Shown here: positions 1 through 11,008 of the stretch, one piece after another
Position numbering within the stretch: the first letter of the stretch is position 1
Layout: every line of letters begins with the position of its first letter
Sequence record: SRR22947725_1507
Reading direction: 5' to 3' (one strand)
DNA: 47,989 bases
Program-made: the position numbers and the translations under genes
Notes under the pieces: model-generated
Told to the model about the DNA's origin: nothing
The model's database searches: none
What the model saw: only the letters and a program-made list of their open reading frames with translations

Positions 1-30
1 TCTGCTCCATTACCACTCTGGCACCTCTCC
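1..30 (-). tRNA. tRNA-Ser, 5' part only (truncated by window edge)
   Basis: Reverse complement GGAGAGGTGCCAGAGTGGTAATGGAGCAGA is a GGAGAGG acceptor 5' strand, an AGTGG D-arm and an anticodon-stem start typical of tRNA-Ser. The anticodon lies outside the window. Confidence 0.8.
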
Positions 31-51
31 AATTTACGCCCTAAGCGCGGG

Positions 52-82
52 CAAAAATACGGTTTCAATTGCAAAGTGACAA
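52..82 (-). promoter_or_regulatory. Bacteroidota housekeeping promoter for the tRNA
   Basis: TATTTTTG (52-59, minus) matches TAnnTTTG, with TTG 20 nt upstream (80-82). Confidence 0.6.
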
Positions 83-187
83 CTAATTATCACGTTCCTC
101 AAAATCTTCTTGATCTTTCTGTCGAAACCTGTTGACTATAGCAAGTATTAATGCGACACCTATGCCAATCCAAATGATAACATCCAT
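83..187 (-). CDS. 34-aa single-TM small protein (not in ORF track)
   Basis: Manual translation MDVIIWIGIGVALILAIVNRFRQKDQEDFEERDN*. Hydrophobic helix plus charged tail; starts 3 nt after the ybjQ-family stop. Confidence 0.7.
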   Translation of the reverse strand: MDVIIWIGIGVALILAIVNRFRQKDQEDFEERDN

Positions 188-190
188 CCC

Positions 191-505
191 TTATTTTATT
201 TTGACAGCAGTGCCATAAGCTAAAATCTCAGAGGCGCCTTGTGTTACAACTGAAGTGGCAAAACGTACGCATATTACAGCATCTGCTCCGAGCTTTTGTG
301 CATCGCTTAGCATGCGAGTTAACGCTTGCTCTCGTGCATCTGCCTGCAGTTTGGTGTATTCTTCAATTTCACCACCGACAATATTTTTTATGGATGCAAA
401 GATGTCACGACCAATATTTCGAGAACGCACCGTGCTACCTCTAGCGACGCCTAATGATTCAGAAATTGTTTTTCCAGCAATGGTCTCAGTAGTTACGTAT
501 AGCAT
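191..505 (-). CDS. YbjQ/UPF0145 family protein
   Basis: GRDIFASIKNIVGGEIEEYT, LGADAV and AYGTAV motifs. Confidence 0.9.
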   Translation of the reverse strand: MLYVTTETIAGKTISESLGVARGSTVRSRNIGRDIFASIKNIVGGEIEEYTKLQADAREQALTRMLSDAQKLGADAVICVRFATSVVTQGASEILAYGTAVKIK

Positions 506-507
506 AG

Positions 508-1590
508 TTACATGTTTTTAGTTAGTGCGCGAACAAGTCTATTGTCACTCAGAAACTCGCTCATTACAACCTTTATAAGTGTGTAGAAGGGCACAGCCAC
601 TAGCATTCCCAGCGGTCCAGCAAGTAATCCTGCTAAAATGATGACAAGAAAGATTTCTAGTGGGTGTGACTTAACACTCTTTGAAAAAATAAGGGGCTGT
701 GAGAAGAAATTATCAATCATTTGGCCAGCAACGAAACCAATTAGCACATAAATGGTTTTAGGAACAATTACAGTTGCCACATCGGCTCCTAAATTACTCG
801 TCATTGTTAGAACGATCATAAATAATCCGCCAATCAATGGCCCGATATATGGAATGATATTAAATAGTGCACATATCAATGCAATGGTTAATGCATTAGG
901 AATTCCAAATAAAAGTAACACACCAGAATAGAATAAAAACAAGATACTAATCTGCAGCAAAATCCCATTAAAATAGCGCGAAAGCAGCGATATGATTTTA
1001 GTAAATGATCGTTCAACGCGGTCTTTTTGGTCTGATGAAAAAACCAATAGAATTCCTCGAAGCAATAAAGAGCTATCCTTAAGCAAGAAAAAACTAATAA
1101 AAAGCACAGAAAATAATGCGATTGTAAATCCGCCTAAAAACCCTAAAAAACCATTAATTAACTCTGGAATAAAAGCAAAATCAACACTAGAGAATAATGT
1201 TGTGATTCGTTCTGTGAGATTAATATCATACCGACTAAAATATCCGTCTAAATCAGAAACCAATACAAGTAAATCAGCTTCCCATTGATCTATATGTAAA
1301 AGGGAAAGGTTTTGAGCTTGTGCAGCAATAACAGGAACGATTAGAGATCCTAGGCCAAAGAGCAACAATAACAGTAGAAGGAGAGTCAATATGGTAGCAA
1401 TCGTACTTTTAAAGCGCAGACGGCGCATAAGAAAATCTTTGATTGGCTTACCAACTAGAGATACTACAACCGCTAAAAAGACATAACCTAACAATGATTG
1501 CGCCATCAAAAGCAATTTATAGAGTGCTATAATGCCAATAATTACAAGAAAGGCCTGTACTATTCCACGTGTAAGAGTGTTTGCGTTCAT
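508..1590 (-). CDS. AI-2E (PerM/TqsA) family transporter
   Basis: Multi-TM protein with FNIIPYIG and IDNFFSQP..SKSVKSHP..GPLGMLVAVP signatures. Confidence 0.9.
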   Translation of the reverse strand: MNANTLTRGIVQAFLVIIGIIALYKLLLMAQSLLGYVFLAVVVSLVGKPIKDFLMRRLRFKSTIATILTLLLLLLLLFGLGSLIVPVIAAQAQNLSLLHIDQWEADLLVLVSDLDGYFSRYDINLTERITTLFSSVDFAFIPELINGFLGFLGGFTIALFSVLFISFFLLKDSSLLLRGILLVFSSDQKDRVERSFTKIISLLSRYFNGILLQISILFLFYSGVLLLFGIPNALTIALICALFNIIPYIGPLIGGLFMIVLTMTSNLGADVATVIVPKTIYVLIGFVAGQMIDNFFSQPLIFSKSVKSHPLEIFLVIILAGLLAGPLGMLVAVPFYTLIKVVMSEFLSDNRLVRALTKNM

Positions 1591-1609
1591 TGCTCTAAAA
1601 TACCAAATT

Positions 1610-2311
1610 TTATGATTCGTTTATAAGAAGTACGGTATGGCAGGCTACTAATGCAGCCGTTTCTGTTCGTAAACGCGCTTTTCCCAAATCAACCGCCTTG
1701 ATTCCTAGTTCTTTAGCCCATGTAATTTCTTTCTTAGAGAAGTCTCCTTCAGGTCCAATGAGTATGCATACGTTACTTTGTTGATTGACAACACGTTGTA
1801 GTTTTTCTTTATCTGTATTCTCACAATGCGCTATACAAGAAATGGATGCACTAGTATTTAACTCTTTTAAAGGAGTAAGCGGGTCTAAGATGGGTTTGTG
1901 AGCACGCAAAGACTGTTTTAAGGCAGCTTCAATAATTTTTTCACAACGTTCGGTTTTGAGTACTTTTCGTTCACTTCGATCACATAATATAGGAGTGATC
2001 CGTTGAACACCTAATTCAGTAGCTTTTTCAAGAAACCACTCAAAACGATCCATGTTTTTAGTTGGGGCAACGGCAATGTGAACATAAGTTTCAGGTGTGT
2101 TTACGAATTCTGTAGAAGTTATTGTTATCGAACAATGCTTTGGACTATTAACTTCCAATATTCCATAAAGAATTAGTCCTTTGCCATTGGTGAGACGTAT
2201 AGTGTCACCTGATTTTTTTCGCAAAACCCGTGCAATATGTTTACTTTCATTCTCGTTGAAAGCATGAGTTTTTATATCGGCATCAATATCTGGTGTGTAA
2301 AACTGCTGCAT
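1610..2311 (-). CDS. rsmE: 16S rRNA m3U1498 methyltransferase
   Basis: HIARVLR, EKATELGV, IGPEGDF and LRTETAA motifs. Confidence 0.95.
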   Translation of the reverse strand: MQQFYTPDIDADIKTHAFNENESKHIARVLRKKSGDTIRLTNGKGLILYGILEVNSPKHCSITITSTEFVNTPETYVHIAVAPTKNMDRFEWFLEKATELGVQRITPILCDRSERKVLKTERCEKIIEAALKQSLRAHKPILDPLTPLKELNTSASISCIAHCENTDKEKLQRVVNQQSNVCILIGPEGDFSKKEITWAKELGIKAVDLGKARLRTETAALVACHTVLLINES

Positions 2312-3306
2312 TAGATAGACATTCTAGGATTTGGTTCACTTGCTAGGGTATCGATTTGCTGATCCATATATTTTAAATACCCTGCCATAGCAATCATAGC
2401 AGCATTGTCTGTAGTATAGGGTAGAGGTGGCAAGAAAACAGTTGCTTCAGTTTTTTCTAGGGCCTTCCTAAGGCCACTATTTGCTGAAACTCCTCCACCT
2501 AGGACCAACTGGTTTAGTCCTGTTTGTGAAAGTGCTGCGTTCACTTTTTCATTTAATATGGTAACAATAGCCTGTTGAATCGATGCGCATAAGTCATACA
2601 GATTCGTTTTGATGAAATCGGCGTTCTTGTCTTGTTGCTCACGCAGGAAATACAAGACACTTGTTTTAAGGCCACTAAAACTAAAATCCAAGCCATCGAC
2701 CACTGGTTTTCCAAAAGTAAAGCATGGACTTCCTTTCGCAGCATAGCGATCCATTATTGGTCCTGAGGGGTAAGGGAGCCCCAGCATTTTTCCTGTTTTG
2801 TCAAAAGCTTCGCCAGCTGCATCATCTAAGGTTTCGCCCAGAATCTCAAATGAATTTCCCCCACTGACTTTAACAAGTTGAGTGTGTCCTCCAGATACGG
2901 TCAGTCCTAAAAACGGAAATGATGGAGTAGGGAATGCATCGTCAATAAAATGAACTAATAAATGGGCTTGCATATGGTGTACTGCGATTAGGGGGATGTC
3001 TAATGCAATTGCCAAAGATTTTGAAAATGAATTCCCAACCAATAAAGAACCGAGTAATCCTGGACCTTGCGTATAAGCCACAGCAGTTAGGTCTTTTTTA
3101 TCGATATTTGCTTTTGCCAAAGCGGTTTCTACAACAGGAATTATTCGTTCCACGTGGGCACGAGAGGCCAATTCGGGGATTACACCCCCGTAAGTTTCAT
3201 GCTCAAGTTGTTGAGACACAACATTGGCACATAGTTTGCCATCGACAAGAACAGCAGCAGCTGTGTCGTCGCAAGAGGTTTCAATACCTAAAATTATTGT
3301 TGACAC
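2311..3306 (-). CDS. tsaD: tRNA N6-threonylcarbamoyltransferase
   Basis: LGIETSCDDT, GGVIPELASRAH, HHMQAH, VSGGHT, DDAAGEAFDK and TDNAAMIA motifs; GTG start. Confidence 0.97.
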   Translation of the reverse strand: MSTIILGIETSCDDTAAAVLVDGKLCANVVSQQLEHETYGGVIPELASRAHVERIIPVVETALAKANIDKKDLTAVAYTQGPGLLGSLLVGNSFSKSLAIALDIPLIAVHHMQAHLLVHFIDDAFPTPSFPFLGLTVSGGHTQLVKVSGGNSFEILGETLDDAAGEAFDKTGKMLGLPYPSGPIMDRYAAKGSPCFTFGKPVVDGLDFSFSGLKTSVLYFLREQQDKNADFIKTNLYDLCASIQQAIVTILNEKVNAALSQTGLNQLVLGGGVSANSGLRKALEKTEATVFLPPLPYTTDNAAMIAMAGYLKYMDQQIDTLASEPNPRMSI

Positions 3307-3335
3307 AAATTAAATATTAGTACAAAATTAACACT

Positions 3336-6300
3336 TTGGAACAGAAACCAGCACCATCAAAAAAAATCAGAAGAATTGTTGTTCTGCTTTTGGTGTTATT
3401 AGCACTCTTTGTAGGTGTAATTCTTCTTCCTGTCACCCAAACTTATTTGGGAAAACGTGTGGCCTCGACTTTGGTTGAGCGTTTTGGCACAAACATATCA
3501 GTAGATCATATTAGTATTTCACCATTTGGTAATGCCACTTTGAAAGGCATTTTAGCCATAGATCACAAGCAAGACACCTTAATTTACGTTGGCTATGCTA
3601 GAATGAGTGCCCAACGCCTAAGTGCTGTTGCTCAAGGGGATACTAATTTTGGCAAAATAATATTATCGGATGTTGTTTGTAATATAACTACCTACCAAGA
3701 TGAAAATACGACCAACATGAGTCAGTTTTTCAATCGTTTTAATAGTACTGAAAAAAGTAAAAAGGAAAATAACCCTCTTGCGATGTCTTCAATAAGTATG
3801 ACTCGGGCAAACCTTTTTATAGACAACAAGAATTTAAAAGATCAAAAGATTCAAAGTTTCACTTCCCTCAACGCTAATATTAAAGATTTTAAAATTAGTG
3901 ATGGAGCTATCGAAGGAGATATTTTGCAATTAGACTCTCAAACAAACTGGAATCACACGCAACTCACTTCTTTATCGGGTCATTATGCGTTTTCTGCTAA
4001 TGAAATGAAGCTGACTAATGCTTCTATTCAAACTCAATCTAGCACCCTAGATGTTGATGCCGTTTTGTCGTACCCTGAAAATGGGCTTAAGAATTTTTCA
4101 GATTCTGTTCATATTTCAGTTGACATCAAAAAATCCTTACTGGGCGCTAAGGAGTTGGTAAAGTTCATTCCAGATTGGAGAGGAGTAAACCCTTCAGTCC
4201 GAGGTGTTTTTAAGGGTACTCTTAAGGATTTTTCACTTTCGAATATAGTTTATGAAGATGAAGCTAATGTTTTAAATTTTTCAGCTTCGTTTAAAAACAT
4301 GTTTAACCTTGAGGACCGTACTTTTTCTGGATCCTGGAGTTTGACGTCATCTAATTTGGATGTGTCACTACCAGAAAACATTCCACCAAAGACAAGGGAT
4401 TTGATTAATCGTGTGAGTACGCTATCAACAACGGGTGAATTTATTTTTAGTAATAGTTTATGGGATGTTTCTTCTTTTTTGAAAACTGATTTAGGGGATT
4501 TACAACTCAAAGCACTGTTAAATACTTCTGGAAAGAAGACGTTGTATCAATTGGCTTTAAAGTCAAATATTTTTGATGTTGGATCTTTTTCTTCTGTTTC
4601 TAACTTGGGTCTTTCTGGATTTGATTTAACATTAACAGGAAATGGATTAGATTTTTCAGCATCTAATATGCAAGCTAAAGGAGTATTGCATGACTTTGAG
4701 TATCGTGATTTTAGTTATGATAAAGTTAATCTTGAGGGTACGGTAAACTCAAGCCAATTTAAGGGGGTGATAGCTGTTTTGGATCCGGTTTTAAACTTGG
4801 ACTTACAAGGAGCTATTGATTTTGCAACTGCAAAACGGAATTTTTCTTTTACAGCAGATATTACTCATGCTAATTTGAGTGATTTGGGTTTAATTTCACC
4901 ATCAGTGCAAGGTGTTTTTTCAGGTTCTGTTGATTTAGCATTACAGGGAAATAACATTGACGAGATGATTGGGGATTTGTATATCGACCAGGGTAAATTT
5001 AAGAATACGGATAAAACCTATTCATTTTCATCATTATCCGCTCAATCAAGATTGCTAAATGGAATTCGAGTAATTAACATTAACTCCGAAGATGTTGCCA
5101 CAGGAATTGTGATTGGCAAATTCAAGCCTAGCGAACTTATTAAATTGACACAAAACACATTTGGTAGTCAATATGAAAATTACGTACCACATCCTGTTGC
5201 TCCAGGTCAATATTTAGACTTTAATTTTAATTTAAGAGGTAAAATTACAAACGCTCTTTTTGGAGATGCTGTTGTTATTAACGATAACACATTTATTAAG
5301 GGTAAAATTGAACCAAGCAAGAAGCTTTTTCAACTTAAAGTTCGCGCTCCTGAAATTACGATTAAAGATGTTTCAATTAATGATATTGAGGCTCAAATAG
5401 ACACAAAGAATACCATTTACCATTCTTTTATTTCTGCCAAAAGGGTAACAACTGATAAGGGTTCCTTTGATGATATAAACTGGATTAATTCACGTATTAA
5501 AGACACACTTTATGGTAGGGCTGAGTTTTCATCCTCTAAAAACTCCAATATATTAAATCAGATTAGTACAACTTTTACTATTGACGATGCTTCTCATGCT
5601 GTTTTAGGTTTTAAATCTGCTGATGTGTACTTCAACAACAAGCACTGGACACTTAGAAACGCCATAACGCCAGTATTGCGTTTTAAAAGCACAAAACAAT
5701 TTAGCCTTTCTGAGTTAACTCTTGAAAGCAATGTATCTAATATCACGGCAAGTGCCTCACAAAATGGGGATGATTCATTCTCACTTGGACTTAACTTTAA
5801 TTATGTTCAGTTAGATGATGTTTTATCGTTCGGGATAAACAATTGGGATGGTATAGCTGATGGGGATTTAAACATAGCACAAGCCAAAAGTGGATTTACA
5901 GGAAACTCTAGCCTTCGTTTTTCCAATCTAAAGCTAAATTCGATTCCACTTGGTGATGCCTTATTGACTTTAAACTCTGGAGTTGAAATCGAAAAATATC
6001 AAATGGCATTTAAGCTTAACAAGGAGAATAAAGAGGTTTTGTCTGCTTCTGGAACAGTTGGCTTAAAGGATAAAAAACCAATTTTAGACATTGATGCTTT
6101 GTTTAAGGATTATGACCTTTCTGCTTTGGCAGGTCTGACTAAGTCTACGTTTACACCCTTTAAGGGAAATGCGAATGGTTTAATAAAGGTTTTCACAACC
6201 TCTGAGGGATTAGTTTCTGATGGAACACTGATTGTTGACTCACTTGGTTTAGGTATTGATTACTTAAAAACCCAGTATGCATTTAATGGTGAAATACCAT

Positions 6301-7685
6301 TTATTTTAAGTGGAAGTGAGGTTAAAATCAACTCATCTTCTTTTACTACTCCAGGCACAAATCAACTAGGTACTCTTAGTGGGTCACTTAATCACACCTC
6401 TTTTAAAGATTGGGGGCTTGACATGAACATTGGCGCTGATAATTTAAAGGTGCTAAACACCGAATTTTCAGAGCAGGCACTTTATTATGGGGATATCTTT
6501 TTCACGGGTGATGCACACTTACATGGGCCTTTTACAAATATGCAAATTGATGTAATAGGTAAAACGGCCAAAGGGACTGCCATGTTTATTCCTATCCAGT
6601 ATGATACTGCTATCGGAGATGTTTCCTATATAAATTTTGTTAAGAAAGAACGCACAGATGAAGAGCGGGATGCTGAAGTTAATATAGTGAAGGGGCTTCA
6701 AATGAGCTTCGACTTGGATGTTACACCAGATGCAGAAGTAGAAGTTGTTGTCGATCCTGAGTCAAAAAGTTACTTACGAGGCACTGGGGCTGGGAACTTA
6801 TTACTTGAAATTGATACTAGCGGTTCTTTTGCCATGTGGGGTGATTTCATTGCTTTTAAGGGAGTATATAATTTTAAAAATTTAGGATTAATTGATAAGA
6901 AATTTAACCTTAAACCTGGTGGTACTATTGTTTGGGAAGGAGATCCCTCCGGAGCTCAGATAAACATGCAAGCGGTTTATGATGTTCCTGGGGGTGCAAA
7001 CCCAGCCTTATTACTTGAGGGTGATAACATAAGTCAAAATATTCCGACTGAAGTGACAATAAACCTTTTTGGGAATCTACTTAACCCAGAAACCCCAACT
7101 TTTGAAATCGACTTTCCAAATGCTTCAGGCGTTGTGAAGAACGAACTGAATTATAGATTGAACGATCAAGAGCGTAGGCAATTGCAGGCGATATCTTTAC
7201 TCTCACAAGGTTCGTTTATTAACGAGGTATCCTTGGCTGCAATTTCAAGTCAAACCCTTACAAATAATCTTTTTCAAAAGGCTTCCGGAGTTTTTGATAA
7301 TATTTTCACCAACGAAAACGATAAATTAAACTTTAGTTTAAACTACCTACAAGGAGATCGGAATGCAGCAGCATCAATTAAGAACAGAGATCGATTAGGA
7401 GTTAGTCTTTCTACAAATATCAATGAACGCATACTTATTGATGGAAAAGTTGGGGTTCCTGTAGGTAGTGAGGAAGAAACCACGATTATTGGAGATGTTA
7501 AACTAGAATTTTTATTAAATCCCGAAGGCAGTTTGCGCGCTCGTGTTTTTAATAAAGAGAATGAATTCCAATATTTTGGAGATGAATTGGGCTATACACA
7601 GGGTCTGGGAATAAGCTATCAAGTTCGTTTTAATTCATTCCAAGAGCTCCTTCATAAAATCTTTAGTAAAAAAAATGATTTTTAA
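3336..7685 (+). CDS. tamB: TamB/AsmA-like translocation and assembly module protein
   Basis: 1449 aa with N-terminal TM anchor, long beta-rich body and DUF490-like C-terminus (GGTIVWEGDP; YTQGLGISYQVRF). Divergent from tsaD. Confidence 0.8.
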   Translation: MEQKPAPSKKIRRIVVLLLVLLALFVGVILLPVTQTYLGKRVASTLVERFGTNISVDHISISPFGNATLKGILAIDHKQDTLIYVGYARMSAQRLSAVAQGDTNFGKIILSDVVCNITTYQDENTTNMSQFFNRFNSTEKSKKENNPLAMSSISMTRANLFIDNKNLKDQKIQSFTSLNANIKDFKISDGAIEGDILQLDSQTNWNHTQLTSLSGHYAFSANEMKLTNASIQTQSSTLDVDAVLSYPENGLKNFSDSVHISVDIKKSLLGAKELVKFIPDWRGVNPSVRGVFKGTLKDFSLSNIVYEDEANVLNFSASFKNMFNLEDRTFSGSWSLTSSNLDVSLPENIPPKTRDLINRVSTLSTTGEFIFSNSLWDVSSFLKTDLGDLQLKALLNTSGKKTLYQLALKSNIFDVGSFSSVSNLGLSGFDLTLTGNGLDFSASNMQAKGVLHDFEYRDFSYDKVNLEGTVNSSQFKGVIAVLDPVLNLDLQGAIDFATAKRNFSFTADITHANLSDLGLISPSVQGVFSGSVDLALQGNNIDEMIGDLYIDQGKFKNTDKTYSFSSLSAQSRLLNGIRVININSEDVATGIVIGKFKPSELIKLTQNTFGSQYENYVPHPVAPGQYLDFNFNLRGKITNALFGDAVVINDNTFIKGKIEPSKKLFQLKVRAPEITIKDVSINDIEAQIDTKNTIYHSFISAKRVTTDKGSFDDINWINSRIKDTLYGRAEFSSSKNSNILNQISTTFTIDDASHAVLGFKSADVYFNNKHWTLRNAITPVLRFKSTKQFSLSELTLESNVSNITASASQNGDDSFSLGLNFNYVQLDDVLSFGINNWDGIADGDLNIAQAKSGFTGNSSLRFSNLKLNSIPLGDALLTLNSGVEIEKYQMAFKLNKENKEVLSASGTVGLKDKKPILDIDALFKDYDLSALAGLTKSTFTPFKGNANGLIKVFTTSEGLVSDGTLIVDSLGLGIDYLKTQYAFNGEIPFILSGSEVKINSSSFTTPGTNQLGTLSGSLNHTSFKDWGLDMNIGADNLKVLNTEFSEQALYYGDIFFTGDAHLHGPFTNMQIDVIGKTAKGTAMFIPIQYDTAIGDVSYINFVKKERTDEERDAEVNIVKGLQMSFDLDVTPDAEVEVVVDPESKSYLRGTGAGNLLLEIDTSGSFAMWGDFIAFKGVYNFKNLGLIDKKFNLKPGGTIVWEGDPSGAQINMQAVYDVPGGANPALLLEGDNISQNIPTEVTINLFGNLLNPETPTFEIDFPNASGVVKNELNYRLNDQERRQLQAISLLSQGSFINEVSLAAISSQTLTNNLFQKASGVFDNIFTNENDKLNFSLNYLQGDRNAAASIKNRDRLGVSLSTNINERILIDGKVGVPVGSEEETTIIGDVKLEFLLNPEGSLRARVFNKENEFQYFGDELGYTQGLGISYQVRFNSFQELLHKIFSKKNDF

Positions 7686-7746
7686 CGTGTCTTAAAACAC
7701 ATATATATGTGTAGAATTTTGTTTATTTGCAGTGCTATTATTTCAA

Positions 7747-8751
7747 ATGACTAAAGAAAAATCAAATTCTTCTAAATTTTCAAAAATTGCCGTTTTAACC
7801 TCCGGTGGTGATGCCCCTGGTATGAACGCAGCAATACGCTCTGTAGCTCGCTCTGCTGCTTTTTACAAAATTTCGTGCCTTGGTATTACGCAAGGGTATC
7901 AAGGGTTGATTGAGGATAAGATAAAACAGTTAGGTCCTAGATCTGTAAATAACATCATTAATAAAGGCGGTACTGTTTTAAAATCTGCTCGTTCTGATGA
8001 GTTTAGAACCAAAGCCGGAAGAAAGAAAGCATACGAAAATCTTAAAAAACATGGTATTGAAGCCTTGGTTGTCATTGGTGGAGATGGAAGTTTTACTGGA
8101 GGATTAATTTTCCAACAAGAATTTGGAGTTCCAGTTATTGGTATTCCTGGCACAATTGATAATGATATATATGGTACGTCACATACCATAGGCTACGATA
8201 CAGCGCTTAATACTGTTGTAGAAGCTGTTGACAAAATTCGTGACACTGCTATTTCACACAATCGCTTGTTTTTTGTAGAAGTTATGGGCCGTGATGCTGG
8301 CCACATTGCCTTAAACTCTGGAATAGGTGCAGGAGCTGAGGAGATCCTAATTCCTGAGGAAGACATGGGCCTTGAACGTTTATTAGATTCATTAAAGCGA
8401 TCCAAGAAGTCTGGGAAGCTTTCCAGTATTGTTATGGTTGCTGAAGGGGATAAAATTGGTAAAAACGTGTTTGAATTGGCCGAGTATATTGAAGATAACC
8501 TTCCTGCATATGAAATACGCGTTTCTGTGCTTGGGCATATGCAACGCGGAGGCGCACCCTCTTGTTTTGACCGCGTTCTTGCAAGTCGAATGGGGCTTAA
8601 AGCTGTAGAGGCACTTCGTGATGGAATTTCTGGAAATATGGTTGGTATTTCTGATGGGAAAATGATTTTCACCCCATTGGAAAAGGCAATAAAAGGAAAA
8701 TCTAAAATTGATAACGAACTTGTTCGTGTATCTGAAATAATGAGACTTTAA
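7747..8751 (+). CDS. pfkA: ATP-dependent 6-phosphofructokinase
   Basis: LTSGGDAPGMNAA, IGGDGS, PGTIDND, EVMGRDAG and GHMQRGG motifs. ATG at 7747 preferred over GTG at 7732. Confidence 0.97.
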   Translation: MTKEKSNSSKFSKIAVLTSGGDAPGMNAAIRSVARSAAFYKISCLGITQGYQGLIEDKIKQLGPRSVNNIINKGGTVLKSARSDEFRTKAGRKKAYENLKKHGIEALVVIGGDGSFTGGLIFQQEFGVPVIGIPGTIDNDIYGTSHTIGYDTALNTVVEAVDKIRDTAISHNRLFFVEVMGRDAGHIALNSGIGAGAEEILIPEEDMGLERLLDSLKRSKKSGKLSSIVMVAEGDKIGKNVFELAEYIEDNLPAYEIRVSVLGHMQRGGAPSCFDRVLASRMGLKAVEALRDGISGNMVGISDGKMIFTPLEKAIKGKSKIDNELVRVSEIMRL

Positions 8752-8767
8752 ACTATAAATTATATAA

Positions 8768-9772
<1,005 letters not shown>

Positions 9773-9775
9773 GAA

Positions 9776-10627
9776 ATGAGACTTATTGTTGATAGCGGCT
9801 CGACCAAAACAGATTGGATTTGTTTAAACGATGAAGGTCAAATTGTTTTTGAAACCCAAACTCTAGGGTTAAATCCTCAGGTGCTTTCGGATCAAATTAT
9901 CGAAGAGCGCATTATAAATAATTATGACTTATATCGACCAAGAAAATCGATTGTAAAAATTTATTTCTACGGGGCAGGATGTGGTACACGTCCTCCCCGT
10001 ATTTTATTAAAAAAAGTACTACAAAGTATTTTTCCAGTTGCTGAAATTGAAGTTTACGAAGACACTTTTGCTGCCGTATACGCTTCTACTAATTCGGGTG
10101 AAAAAAGTATTGTATGTATTTTAGGAACAGGTTCAAACTGTAGTTATTTCGATGGTGCTGAAATAGAGCAACGCATCGATTCTTTGGGCTATATACTAAT
10201 GGATGACGGTAGTGGGAATTATTTTGGACGTCAATTAATTCGAGATTATTACTTTAAAAAAATCCCTTCAAAAATGGCTGCTATTTTTGAAGAAACTTTT
10301 GATCTTTCTTCTGAAATGATTAAAACTAATTTATACAAAAAACCGAACCCAAATACGTATTTGGCAAAGTTTGCACGATTTCTAATTGAAAATAAAGAAA
10401 ACGAATACAGTCAAAACCTGATTAAAAAAGGATTTGATTTATTTGTTCGTCATCAAATACTTCAATTTGAAAACGCTAAAGATGTCCCTATACATTTTAT
10501 TGGGTCAATATCATTTTATCTTCAAGATGAACTCAAAGAGGTGTTAACTGGGTTGGGTCTAACTGCAGGAAAAATTTTAAAAAAGCCAATTGAAGGCTTG
10601 GTGGAGCACCATCTAAAAAATGCCTAA
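9776..10627 (+). CDS. BadF/BcrA-type sugar kinase (N-acetylglucosamine kinase-like)
   Basis: VDSGSTKTDW, ILGTGSN and GYILMDDGSG ASKHA motifs. Confidence 0.85.
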   Translation: MRLIVDSGSTKTDWICLNDEGQIVFETQTLGLNPQVLSDQIIEERIINNYDLYRPRKSIVKIYFYGAGCGTRPPRILLKKVLQSIFPVAEIEVYEDTFAAVYASTNSGEKSIVCILGTGSNCSYFDGAEIEQRIDSLGYILMDDGSGNYFGRQLIRDYYFKKIPSKMAAIFEETFDLSSEMIKTNLYKKPNPNTYLAKFARFLIENKENEYSQNLIKKGFDLFVRHQILQFENAKDVPIHFIGSISFYLQDELKEVLTGLGLTAGKILKKPIEGLVEHHLKNA

Positions 10628-11004
10628 CGCATTGCGATTAGGGAAATTTCTACATTTACATTTTTTGGTAGCACAGATACTTGAACCGTTTCTCTTGCAG
10701 GAGCTGTTTCGTCGTTAAAATAAGATCCGTAGACTTCATTTATAGATGAGAAATCATTCATGTCCGAAATGAAGATACTGCACTTTAAAACGTTTGAAAA
10801 ATCCATTTTAGCAGCTTCTAAGACTGCTGACAGATTTTCCATCACTTGTTTAGTTTCTTTCTTTATATCACCTTTAACTAGCTCATTCGTTATCGGGTCT
10901 AACGCTATTTGACCACTTGCATAGAGCATGTCGTTTGCTAGTATAGCCTGATTATATGGGCCAATAGGTAAGGGGGCTTTGTTCGTTTTTATTATTGTTT
11001 TCAT
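10624..11004 (-). CDS. ridA: RidA family reactive-intermediate deaminase
   Basis: APLPIGPYNQA, SGQI, PARETVQV and VEI motifs. Confidence 0.92.
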   Translation of the reverse strand: MKTIIKTNKAPLPIGPYNQAILANDMLYASGQIALDPITNELVKGDIKKETKQVMENLSAVLEAAKMDFSNVLKCSIFISDMNDFSSINEVYGSYFNDETAPARETVQVSVLPKNVNVEISLIAMR

Positions 11005-11008
11005 AATA

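Noticed and set aside
7899-8672. Antisense ORFs in pfkA (similar ones in mnmE, uvrA and the dihydroorotase-like gene)
   Set aside because: Shadow frames of conserved genes with no protein-like motifs.
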